DNA of 64,000 nt, taken from positions 19,922 to 83,921 of the IMG/VR virus record IMGVR_UViG_3300047320_000210; one strand, written 5' to 3'. The position numbers and the translations under genes are program-made. The first letter of the stretch is position 1; each line of letters opens with the position of its first letter. The DNA is from a virus. The notes under the pieces were generated by a model. That model had not been told where the DNA came from and did no database searches. It saw nothing but the letters and a program-made list of their open reading frames with translations. Shown piece by piece: positions 10,501 through 19,137 of this stretch.

Positions 10501-13500
10501 GATGGACCTCTCGCGCGCCTTCGACATCCGTTCGACGAACGCCATCAAGGCGATGATTTCGAACCTGGAGGAACTGGCCGCCAACGAAGGCAAGATCACC
10601 TTCGGCCGCGCTGCGGCAGAAGGCGCCGCCACCACCATCGAAGGGTTGAACGCCAGTTTTACCCGCCTGATCTCGACCATTACCAGCTTCACCTACAACC
10701 GCAGTGAAGGCCTGCTGGGCTACTTCGCCGATGTGTTCCAGGGCCTCGACAACGCCATCCAGAAGCTGGATGAGTGGGACCTCAAGCGCCGCTCGATGGG
10801 CGAGGTGTCGCTGTCGGGACCCAACAGCCTTTTCGGTTCGATTGACTCGGCGGTTAACCCGTTCGCCGCGCCGCGCAACTACTTCAAAAACAAGATCGGG
10901 GAAATGTTCTCCAGCGGGCCAACCCCCGAAGAAGCGGTGGATCAGGCCAACTCCGGCGCCCAAGGCTTGTCGCGGAAACGGTTGGAATTCCAACAATTCG
11001 AAGACTCGGCGCGCAACACGGACATCCGCCTGGCCAAACTCGGCGAGACCGTAGGCAGCGCAGGCGACGGGCTGGTCAAGATCGAGAAGGTGTCCGACGA
11101 CCTGAACCTGACCATTGCCCGGGTGTTCGGCCCGGGGCTGGAGGACCAGCGCCAGCAGCTGGTGAAGCTGGCGCAGAGCTACAGCAACCTGACCATCAGC
11201 GAACGTGAAGTTCGCATCGACGAGCTGATTAAGAAGTACCCGAAACTAAAAGAGATCGACCCTGTCCAGCTGGACCGCAGCTTGGCCTCCATCGCCGGCA
11301 TGGGCACGGCGGTGGACGGCTACCTCAAAGGGCAGGCCGACAGCCTGTCGAACGAACTGGCGAAAGCCCACGAAACGCTGGAAAAGCTGGCACTAAAGGA
11401 CAAGAAACCCACATCCCCGAAAGAGATCGAGGCGGTGGTCACTGAAGAAGTGGCCCTTCGATTCCCTGAACTGATGGACATCATGCGCGGCGACAGCAAG
11501 CTCGTGGCTGGCCAGCAGATCACCATCATGCAAATGGCCTCGCAGGCGTTCTCCGACCTGATGCGGTCCAAGGGTGGCGGCGGGTTCCTAGAGAATGAGG
11601 CCAAGCTACAGGCCGAAGCCCTGCTGCAGAAAATCAAGGCGATCTCGCTGACCCGCCCCCCGGCCACTGCCGGGGTGGACATCCGGCAGGCGGTGCAGTC
11701 GCTGGAAAAGGAAAACGAAAAGCTCGGCAAAAACGCCGTCAGCCGCATGCAGCAGATCAAGGAATTCCTGATCCAGGCGGCGGACAAGCTGGACCCGGGG
11801 GCCAACAAGACCCTCGTGGGAGCTGGGGTCCAGGAGATCACCAAAGGGCAGGAAATCACCGGCGCCAAGTCGGTGGCCGAGATTGACGCACGGGTCGCGG
11901 TCAACAACGAACTGTTTGAGAAGGTTCGCACCAACCCGGATTTCCGCACCAACCTGTTGCAGATGCCGGACACCACGGTGGGCCGGGAGAAGGCGCTGTC
12001 CTACACGGCGCCGGGTAGCCAAGGCATCCCGATGGAGGATGTGCTGAATGGCACGGATGCCTACAAGGATTTCTTGGCGCTGGCCAAGACGTTTAACGAC
12101 ACCTACCTGAAACAGGCCGAAGTCCGCAAGGCCTATAAAAAGGAGCTGGATCAAGGCCGGGCGCTGGGCGATGCGGTGGAAAAAGCCACCACCCAGTACA
12201 ACGACGACCGCACCAACAAGCAGTTCCCCGCCGCCCGCGACTCGCTGAACGCCAAGATCAACGCGCAGATCGCGGTGGAGAATGAAAACCTCGCCGAGGC
12301 GGAACGCCAGCGCGTGGCCAACTTGTCGAACACCGACATCGACAAAGACAAGACCATTCTCAAGAACGAGCTGGACGCCAAAGCACGGGTTGCCAAGCTG
12401 GAGATCGAGCGCGCCAAAGAACTGGAGCAGATCAACCGCGAAGAGAAGAAGGTCAACCTCAAACGCACCGAGGGTGAACTGCAGGGCCGCGAGAAACGCC
12501 TGCTGGGCGTGCTGGACAACGCCACCAACGCGACCCCACAGGGGGTCATCGACGACACCATTGCCGAGCTGAATGATGTCCGCGAACAGTTGAAGGTGGC
12601 GTTCCGTGAGCGCATCAAGCTGCAAGGGACGGAGAACGACCTCTCGGAAGCCGAGATCGCCGAGCGGGAGAAGGCGCTCGACCAGTACCAGAAACAGGTC
12701 GGCTTCCTCGAACTGAATTACCGTCGCGAGAAAGGTGCACGCGAAGACCTCGCCTCCCTGCTCGACATCACCATGACCACCGGCAATCCGGTGCGGGACG
12801 CCGAACTGGAAGACCGTGGGCTGATCCCCGGGAATCGCGGCCGGCGCACCGAGTTCCTGCAGGGACGCATGGGCATCCTGCAGGAACTCGTCAAATCCAG
12901 CAGCAGCGACCTGGGCAAGGCGTCCGCCGACGTAACCCGGCTGCAGGCCGCCTCGGATGCCGACACCGGCAATGCCGAACTGAGCAAGTCGTTGCGCTTG
13001 GCGAAGGAGTACGAGCGCGACCTGGTGCACGAGACCGCCAACTGGAACCGCGAGCTGGGGCAAACCGGGCTCGCGCTGGAACGCGTCAGCGGCACCTGGA
13101 AAAGCGGGTTCACCAAAGCCTTCGACCCGAACGTCATTTCCCGCGCACTGGAGCAGTCGGAATCCTCCCTGGAGCATTTCGGCGAGGTCATCAACAGCGA
13201 GGTGGTGACCGCGCTGGAAAGTGTCGGGGATGCGTTCGCCGATGCCGCGCTGGAAGGCGAGAGCCTGTCCGGCTCCATCGAGAAGGTGTTCTCCCAGCTG
13301 AAGAAGGAGACTCTGCGCACCCTGATCAAAACCCTGAGCAACGAGACGATCAGCACCCTGACCGGCACGTTGTTTGGTGCTCAGAACGGCAAAGGCCAGG
13401 GGTTCTTCCCGGCGCTGCTGCAGAAATTCGGCCTTGGCGGGGCAGGCACGCCTGCGTCCAAAGCACCGGCCAGTGGCACCACCGCGACCGAGGCGCCCGT

Positions 13501-14269
13501 CCAGGCCGGCGGCTTCATGGACAGCGTCGTCAGCACGCTGTTTGGCAGCGGCCCCAAGGAAAGCGACACCAAAGACGGCAGCTGCCTGCCGAAAGAAACC
13601 GCCGAGGCGCTGAAGAAAGTCGCCGAAAGCCCGGGCCTCGCCGACACGGCGGCCATCGAAGGCAAGGTGTTTTTCACCTCGCTCGGCAGCGGGTTCGCCA
13701 ACCTGCTCGACAACGTCACCAACGGCTTCGGCAAAGTCTTCGGCAACATCGGCGGGCTGTTGGGGCTGGGCAGTTCCAAGGGCGACGATCAGGCGATTGG
13801 CCTGTTCAGTCTGGCCACCAACCTGATGGGTGCGTTCGCCGGGGGTGGCGGCGGGTCGGCCACCTACAAGGGCGCCTATGGCTTCGCCGGCGGCGGGATC
13901 ATCCACGGCCCCGGCTCGGGCACCTCCGACTCGATTCCCACCTATGTCACCGGCGCCGGCGGTCAGGTGTCCGGGCTGCGGGTTTCCAACGGCGAAGGGA
14001 TTCTCAACGCCAAGGCCACCGCCGCGCTGGGGCCGGACTTCATCCACGCGGTCAACAGCGGGCGGATGCTCAACGCGCGTTCCGGGGCCATCGTCACCGA
14101 CCAGGCCAACCTGTCGCGGTCGACCCCTGCGGCGCCTGCGGCCAGCCAGTCCGGCAACGTGGCCGGCGGTACCAGCGTGTACCAGGTGCGGGTCGAACCG
14201 GCGCAAATGCGCATGCGCATGGGTGATTGGCTGGATCAACAGATCCTCAACGAGAGGGCACGCCGATGA
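7556..14269 (+). CDS. Tape measure protein (2237 aa)
   Basis: Very long helical Ala/Lys/Glu-rich protein; central TP901-type TMP segment; C-terminal FAGGG..GPGSGTSDSIP..VSNGE motif. Confidence 0.93.
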   Translation: MAAEFIIETLLQVGLDLKGDDLAALKKKLSAIEVTVDVDMKKVKAQTDELTKTFKKLQGDRSLLERAATKGPLTKADKENLPAAFNNLKAFQGQLNKVVNTLKNLGDSEGKPVSTDLASLHRVITELGATSRNIAPLIDNVSQAFKENSKAISKAQADTAKYQRTVLSQQRTAEILERARRTRATQTPEGRKVFLSAARGNAEAISTADKAKQGRSFAASAVTASERALQLERDRPVPNPLAIQRAERKLNLAARTFNDLNVRANDLAASEAETKRIDREQKQAADKAARRAQTREAKQQTLERNVRAEVAKSPEGQKAYFAAERGKTSSVLTAKDASAGVAFANKELVARKEVHRLTQEIFDKDSEEVRRALRDVEAAGTAYHRLTQRVQELAEVENLRKTNKRKADKLERDEASIALDRTNRGRQQRVGRSALERAGGVDADASAFGDVEAAKKAQTFVKGELGDLVKLQKAYGNTFGFTSDQAKRATVEVERYQEFLRKLEGRIQSLGATAQTQEQINKHAEAVRTSEERRRNNALKLANGKQLLEEANGDFSGHTDRRALQRARTFANAELNQLRAQQESAARTVGVSTGEFDTARKAGDEYAKTIALIDQRLDHLATTVRGMPRLNTFGSSQAHAEGKRIYETASLSGGGVASLEGSEAKKALGYLRARQAEQVTYGKQLEKLGGNNKEALNAAGDASRKFAADLDILTAAAKPAGAGLNLLQQTLRSFLKYAIGYGSLYGLVAVFTALGKSLIDLQTELLDIQAVTGSTDAQMGKLTSTISDVARTSKFSLLDLTKATKVLAQAGISVEELNTSLQATANFAAATGANLEVAADLLSTTRSVFKDLSDDTISNQLAKAINISKLTAEDLKTILSLGAQTAKSFNLTSEQFLAAVATLRNAGLKQSTAATGLRQGMLEIFSPDAKLIKALQARYRDLGENMGAEAVRARFFAFSRGRSPLIAALTELKRLGFNDEGAMDLSRAFDIRSTNAIKAMISNLEELAANEGKITFGRAAAEGAATTIEGLNASFTRLISTITSFTYNRSEGLLGYFADVFQGLDNAIQKLDEWDLKRRSMGEVSLSGPNSLFGSIDSAVNPFAAPRNYFKNKIGEMFSSGPTPEEAVDQANSGAQGLSRKRLEFQQFEDSARNTDIRLAKLGETVGSAGDGLVKIEKVSDDLNLTIARVFGPGLEDQRQQLVKLAQSYSNLTISEREVRIDELIKKYPKLKEIDPVQLDRSLASIAGMGTAVDGYLKGQADSLSNELAKAHETLEKLALKDKKPTSPKEIEAVVTEEVALRFPELMDIMRGDSKLVAGQQITIMQMASQAFSDLMRSKGGGGFLENEAKLQAEALLQKIKAISLTRPPATAGVDIRQAVQSLEKENEKLGKNAVSRMQQIKEFLIQAADKLDPGANKTLVGAGVQEITKGQEITGAKSVAEIDARVAVNNELFEKVRTNPDFRTNLLQMPDTTVGREKALSYTAPGSQGIPMEDVLNGTDAYKDFLALAKTFNDTYLKQAEVRKAYKKELDQGRALGDAVEKATTQYNDDRTNKQFPAARDSLNAKINAQIAVENENLAEAERQRVANLSNTDIDKDKTILKNELDAKARVAKLEIERAKELEQINREEKKVNLKRTEGELQGREKRLLGVLDNATNATPQGVIDDTIAELNDVREQLKVAFRERIKLQGTENDLSEAEIAEREKALDQYQKQVGFLELNYRREKGAREDLASLLDITMTTGNPVRDAELEDRGLIPGNRGRRTEFLQGRMGILQELVKSSSSDLGKASADVTRLQAASDADTGNAELSKSLRLAKEYERDLVHETANWNRELGQTGLALERVSGTWKSGFTKAFDPNVISRALEQSESSLEHFGEVINSEVVTALESVGDAFADAALEGESLSGSIEKVFSQLKKETLRTLIKTLSNETISTLTGTLFGAQNGKGQGFFPALLQKFGLGGAGTPASKAPASGTTATEAPVQAGGFMDSVVSTLFGSGPKESDTKDGSCLPKETAEALKKVAESPGLADTAAIEGKVFFTSLGSGFANLLDNVTNGFGKVFGNIGGLLGLGSSKGDDQAIGLFSLATNLMGAFAGGGGGSATYKGAYGFAGGGIIHGPGSGTSDSIPTYVTGAGGQVSGLRVSNGEGILNAKATAALGPDFIHAVNSGRMLNARSGAIVTDQANLSRSTPAAPAASQSGNVAGGTSVYQVRVEPAQMRMRMGDWLDQQILNERARR

Positions 14270-14487
14270 CCCTTCGCGCCTTGACCGGCACTCAGGTGCC
14301 CGTGGACGGCCACTGCTTGCTGGTGTTCACCGGCCCGGCCTACCGCGCGGTGCAGTGGACCCTGAGCGGCCCCGGCACCCTGACCCTGATCAGCGAGGTC
14401 ACCGACGCCCAAGGCGTGGCGCTGGCCCGCTACAACCCTGGCAGCGCCGGCGACACGCCGACCGTCAGCGTTCACTACGTCCCGTGA
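14266..14487 (+). CDS. Small Ig-like tail protein (hypothetical)
   Basis: ATGA coupling to TMP; VQWTLSG..TDAQGVA Ig-like pattern. Confidence 0.55.
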   Translation: MTLRALTGTQVPVDGHCLLVFTGPAYRAVQWTLSGPGTLTLISEVTDAQGVALARYNPGSAGDTPTVSVHYVP

Positions 14488-14494
14488 GGTGGTT

Positions 14495-15037
14495 ATGGCC
14501 CTACTGACTGCAACGACCAACTTCACCATCCTCGACGCCAGCCCGGTGATCGAGAGCATCGCCTTATCGGTGGTCGCGGCGGCGGCGCCCGGCACCGGCA
14601 GGGGCCGGATGATCCACCCGACGCTGGGCTCGTTGGAGTACACGCTGGCCCCTCACGAGTGGACCAACATGGCCGAGGACGCGGTGATCGCGCCGATCTG
14701 GACCTCGCAGATGACCTTGGCGTCGACGGCCAACACCCTGTGGCCCGGGGTCTTGCGCGACGTGGCCCCCGAGGAACGCTGGCTGCCCAGCGCTGGCCTG
14801 TCGATGCCCTTGGACATGCTCAAGGCCTTGGCCGCGTTCTGGATGAACCCGCCGGACCCGGCGGTGGGCTACATCGAGTGGCACCCATCTTACGTCACCA
14901 GCCTGAAGTTCCAGGTGATCATCACCGCGATCGAGGTCGGCGGTGCGCCCATGACCATGTCACCGCAGACGGTCGGCACCGACCTGGTGGAGTACCCGGT
15001 GACGGTCAAGCTGCGCATTGTCGGCAGGGTGGCCTGA
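14495..15037 (+). CDS. Distal tail protein (putative)
   Basis: GAGG RBS; position after TMP. Confidence 0.5.
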   Translation: MALLTATTNFTILDASPVIESIALSVVAAAAPGTGRGRMIHPTLGSLEYTLAPHEWTNMAEDAVIAPIWTSQMTLASTANTLWPGVLRDVAPEERWLPSAGLSMPLDMLKALAAFWMNPPDPAVGYIEWHPSYVTSLKFQVIITAIEVGGAPMTMSPQTVGTDLVEYPVTVKLRIVGRVA

Positions 15038-15038
15038 T

Positions 15039-16001
15039 ATGGCCCTGCGTCTGCTGGCTGGGCCGTTCCCGATGAAGGACATCGACGGCAACTATGCGCG
15101 GATCACCAGTAAGCCAATGTGGTTCGATTCGCTGATGGCCTTGGTCTGCGGGACTAATGTTCACAAGTCTACGGGCGACGTGTATAGCTCCGGCACGCTG
15201 GTGCAGATTGACGGCTTCACGGGGGTGCGCAACCCCTCGCTGTCGGCCTATGACATCTTTGTCCACGACACGCAGTACACCGGTATCGCCCGAGTTTCCA
15301 ACGGGGGTTTCGTGGTTTCCGCCAATCGCTCGGTCCACCCGGTGACCCTATACCCCGAAGGGGCTGATGTTCCGGACTCCATCTGGCTGAGCAGCGGCGC
15401 CTATTTTCTGGCGGATCGGGTGCTGTTCGGGGCGCTGCGCAGTCGCCTGCACAGCGAGACCGGCTCCGGCACCATCGAGGCCACGCTGCCGGTCATGGAC
15501 TACGGCGGCATCGGGGTCAGCTTCAGCCCCGGCCCTGCCGCCGGGACCGTGTTCATCGCGGCGAGGGACGGCGCCGTACTGTACGACCACGTCAATCGGG
15601 AGGTCGTCGGCTGGCACCGCAAGCTCGGTTTTAGTGCCCAACTTCCGCCGGTCTACTCACCCGCCCTTGGGGTGTGGCTTGTGGTGCGCACGGAGTACAG
15701 CCCCGAGGCCCACGACACCATCAGCGTTTATGCCGATGAGCCCGTGCCCACTTCCCTCTCCGCGCCCGTGGCGCTCGGCACCGTGGGCCAAGGCGGTTCG
15801 GTCGAGTACCGCGCCCGCCTGCTCGGCGCCAATGGCGAGCCCTGTGCCGGCGTGCTGGTGGATTGGTCCTGCACCACGCCGGCCGTGGTGCAGATCGCGC
15901 AGTCGACCACCGACGCGGACGGCTATGCACGCACCCGGGTGTCCTTGCCGATCGGCAGCACTGGGGCCAACTTCAACCTCACCGCAGGGGTGCTGCTCTA
16001 A
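15039..16001 (+). CDS. Minor tail protein with C-terminal Ig-like (Big) domain
   Basis: C-terminal GEPCAGVLVDW..STTDADGYA Ig-like motif. Confidence 0.6.
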   Translation: MALRLLAGPFPMKDIDGNYARITSKPMWFDSLMALVCGTNVHKSTGDVYSSGTLVQIDGFTGVRNPSLSAYDIFVHDTQYTGIARVSNGGFVVSANRSVHPVTLYPEGADVPDSIWLSSGAYFLADRVLFGALRSRLHSETGSGTIEATLPVMDYGGIGVSFSPGPAAGTVFIAARDGAVLYDHVNREVVGWHRKLGFSAQLPPVYSPALGVWLVVRTEYSPEAHDTISVYADEPVPTSLSAPVALGTVGQGGSVEYRARLLGANGEPCAGVLVDWSCTTPAVVQIAQSTTDADGYARTRVSLPIGSTGANFNLTAGVLL

Positions 16002-17146
16002 TGCCGATCAAACAGGTTTTCGAGTCTGCGAAGGCAACCTACCCGCTGACCACTCGCGACGTACCCCGCACGAGTTTGTTTCCGCCCGGCGGGGGCATCA
16101 GCTACTTCTACGGGCTGAGTCCTACGGTCGACGCCTACCGGATCTACACCATGTACATGGGCTTTTTCCGCGGGCTGTTCACGATCAAGGACCCCACCTA
16201 TCCCGGGGAATTCGAAATCCACCTGGTAATGGTGGTGAACCAAGACGAGTGGCCAAGCTGGAGCGTGCAAACCTTCGTGTGGAATGGTCGCACGGGGGCA
16301 TTTAAGGGCATGCGTCAGACCGTCACCAGCTTCTTGATCGGCTTCATGTTTTCCGCCCCGGACGGCAGCATTTGGGCCACCAGCCTCTACACCGCTGCGC
16401 TGATGAAGTTCAACCCGGTGACCTGGTTGAGCACGGATCACCCGGTGCTGCTGACCGACATGGGGGCCAACATCGGCAGCGGTGGCGCGTTTCCCGGGAC
16501 CAGTACCTTTGCTGTTGACCCGACCCGAGACGTGGTGATCACCCGTCTGCACAACAATACGTCTTCGCAACTGTCGGTCTGCCAACTGTCCACCGGCGAC
16601 TGGCTGCGCACGATCAACGTGGCCGGCAACATCGAGTTCATTTTCATCGCGGAACCGCCAATGGCTTACGCCGTGGAAACCACCGGCAACCTGACCGCCT
16701 TCAACTACGAAACCGGTGAAGTGACAGGCGTGCTGCACACCGGGTTGGTCAGCGGCGGCTTCAGTTGGGGCGATACCGCGTTCACTTGGGACCCGTTCAT
16801 GCGCCGGGTGCTGTTCTGCCACAGAGCCCCCGACACCTTGCCCGATGGCGACTGCAACACGGTGATCAAGGGTTTCTACCCGGTGGCGTTGCCGGTTGGT
16901 ATGACCCCGCCGATCCCCCTGCGCTACCCGCAGAAGGACAAAGTCGTGCCGGTGTTCAACCGGGTGTACGGCGGTGCGGCGGAAGGGATCGTAGGTCAGG
17001 AGCTGACCTACACTCTAGGAGATGAAGCAGCGGCAACCGTGAGCCCGTCCAGGAAGTCGACGGAAAACAACGGAACCGTGCAAGTCCAACTGGCTGGCGT
17101 ACTTGCCGGCGCAAATTCCATCACTAGTGAAGTGACGGTACCCTAA
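16001..17146 (+). CDS. Minor tail protein, beta-propeller-like with C-terminal Ig-like domain
   Basis: TAATG coupling; APDGSIW and FAVDP repeats; C-terminus resembles that of the preceding gene. Confidence 0.55.
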   Translation: MPIKQVFESAKATYPLTTRDVPRTSLFPPGGGISYFYGLSPTVDAYRIYTMYMGFFRGLFTIKDPTYPGEFEIHLVMVVNQDEWPSWSVQTFVWNGRTGAFKGMRQTVTSFLIGFMFSAPDGSIWATSLYTAALMKFNPVTWLSTDHPVLLTDMGANIGSGGAFPGTSTFAVDPTRDVVITRLHNNTSSQLSVCQLSTGDWLRTINVAGNIEFIFIAEPPMAYAVETTGNLTAFNYETGEVTGVLHTGLVSGGFSWGDTAFTWDPFMRRVLFCHRAPDTLPDGDCNTVIKGFYPVALPVGMTPPIPLRYPQKDKVVPVFNRVYGGAAEGIVGQELTYTLGDEAAATVSPSRKSTENNGTVQVQLAGVLAGANSITSEVTVP

Positions 17147-18621
17147 TGGTCACGGATTACCCTTACGCGCGCTACCCCAGTGAGGACGTACTGCGGAACG
17201 TCCAATTGCTGCATTTCCAGGCAGCGACCACCTCATGGGCACAGCTGATCGCCGGCACCGCAACGGCGTATCAGGACCTGAGCCCCTACGCCGACAACGT
17301 CAGCCACAACGAAACCGGCCTCACCGTGGGCCTAGTGTTCCATACGGAACTCTACGGCGTGGCGCAGCCGAAGATCGGCGACCTGATTCAGGTCAAGCTG
17401 GACGGCTACCCGCTGGTCAACGGGCAGATCGAGGACCTGTCGAACTACACCGAGGCGCGCGGCGAGCGGGCGATGGGCCTGACCGTGCGCAGTCGCGACA
17501 GCAACCCGTTGTGGCGCAACACCAACTGGGTCGGCAACATCTACCCGGCCGGCAGTGAGCTGGGCATTATTGCCCGCGACGTGCTCTTGGCCGTCGGCCT
17601 GACCACCTCGGAAATTCGGGGCTCCCTGACCCTTGGCGTCAGCACCGTGCACGGCGACACCCAGCTGGCCGACCTGCCGGCGTGGGACATGCTGACGCAG
17701 ATCCTGCAGGTCGCCGGACAGGAACCCCGGGTCGATGCCCTCGGCAAATTCAAGCCGATCTCGCGCGACATCGTGCGCGCCCCTGACCTGATCCTGACCT
17801 CTGAACGGCTGCTGAAAATCAGCGGCTCGCGCAACAAGTTGCCGGTGACCAGCGTCGTCCTCAAGTGGCTCGACCCCAACCTGAGCAAGAGCTTGCAGCA
17901 GTCGCAAGTGCTGGCCCGCGAGAGCATCACCGCCGGGTTCTTCAAGCTGAAGCAGGAACGCGAGCTGTACTGGTCCGAGGACCGCCGACAGCGCGCCGAA
18001 AACACCTGGATGAAAGTGGTCGCCTCCGTCAACGACAGCCTGCTGCCGGTGGGGGACGAGGACTACGAACAGAGAAGCGAATTCAGCGGGAAGATCACCG
18101 TCACCACCGATGCCTGGGTGCCAACCTTGGCCACCGCCGCGATGGCGGCGATGTTGTACGCGGCGACCGAACCGGACGGTGTGGCCGCCCTCGGCGGCGG
18201 CGTGACCATCCCGATTGGCCGGATCTACGAAGCCATCGGGCAGGTGGCGTTCTTTCTGATCATCATGTCGCTGGGTACCGGCGTGTATGAAATCTGGGGC
18301 GAGCCGTTCGACTACGTCCACGAATCCAACACCACTGAGGCCTACAACGACAGCACCCCGGAGTGGCTGCGCCTCGAAGAAACGATGGACAGCGACTTCG
18401 TGATGAACGAAGGCCACGCCCAGCAGATCACCGTGCGTGAACTGCTGTACCGCTCCCTCGCGGCGATCAGCTGGAACGTCGAGATCATCGACCACCCGGC
18501 CATCGAACCCGGCGACATCCTGCAGCTGCCGGACAATTCGCGCCTGTACGTCACCGGCTTCAACCGTGACCTGAGCCGCGGCGCGCCGGCCTCCCTCGCC
18601 GTGAACGGGTTCCGCGTCTGA
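17146..18621 (+). CDS. Baseplate hub/tail tip protein
   Basis: 491 aa; C-terminal PAIEPGDIL hub-type motif; synteny. Confidence 0.65.
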   Translation: MVTDYPYARYPSEDVLRNVQLLHFQAATTSWAQLIAGTATAYQDLSPYADNVSHNETGLTVGLVFHTELYGVAQPKIGDLIQVKLDGYPLVNGQIEDLSNYTEARGERAMGLTVRSRDSNPLWRNTNWVGNIYPAGSELGIIARDVLLAVGLTTSEIRGSLTLGVSTVHGDTQLADLPAWDMLTQILQVAGQEPRVDALGKFKPISRDIVRAPDLILTSERLLKISGSRNKLPVTSVVLKWLDPNLSKSLQQSQVLARESITAGFFKLKQERELYWSEDRRQRAENTWMKVVASVNDSLLPVGDEDYEQRSEFSGKITVTTDAWVPTLATAAMAAMLYAATEPDGVAALGGGVTIPIGRIYEAIGQVAFFLIIMSLGTGVYEIWGEPFDYVHESNTTEAYNDSTPEWLRLEETMDSDFVMNEGHAQQITVRELLYRSLAAISWNVEIIDHPAIEPGDILQLPDNSRLYVTGFNRDLSRGAPASLAVNGFRV

Positions 18622-19133
18622 TGGCCGGGTTACTGACGTACCTCATCCGGGGCGAGATCGACCAGTCGATCCGCGAGATCGACGGCACCATCCTGACGCG
18701 CCCGACCCTGCTGGTGACCGATGGCCTGGCCCTGACCTACGGCTGCGACGTTGACGTGGGCATCAAGACCCTCGACAGCAACACCGGCGACGAGGTGGTG
18801 ACGCCGCTGCGCAACGTGCCGATCGCCGCCAACAGCCGCAACTTGATCTATTCCGATGCCGGCACCGCCGTGCGCCTGCGCCGTTCCGAGACCGGGCGCT
18901 GGGAAGTCATCGGCCTGTCGAAGCGCCGCCCGGGCACCTACACCCGCGTGCCGGTGCACATCCCCGACCCGAGCTTCGGCCCGATCCCCTACGACCTTGG
19001 CCCGACGGCCGAGATCGGCCTGGTGGCGCGTGCCCTGACCTATGACGAACTGGCCACCTTCGGTGGTTATGGCGTGGTGCCGTATGGCGCCACCGGGATT
19101 TTCCGCGACGGCGTTCTGATCGAGTTGAGGTAA
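18621..19133 (+). CDS. Tail tip hypothetical protein
   Basis: TGATG coupling; lies in tail operon. Confidence 0.6.
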   Translation: MAGLLTYLIRGEIDQSIREIDGTILTRPTLLVTDGLALTYGCDVDVGIKTLDSNTGDEVVTPLRNVPIAANSRNLIYSDAGTAVRLRRSETGRWEVIGLSKRRPGTYTRVPVHIPDPSFGPIPYDLGPTAEIGLVARALTYDELATFGGYGVVPYGATGIFRDGVLIELR

Positions 19134-19137
19134 AGGA

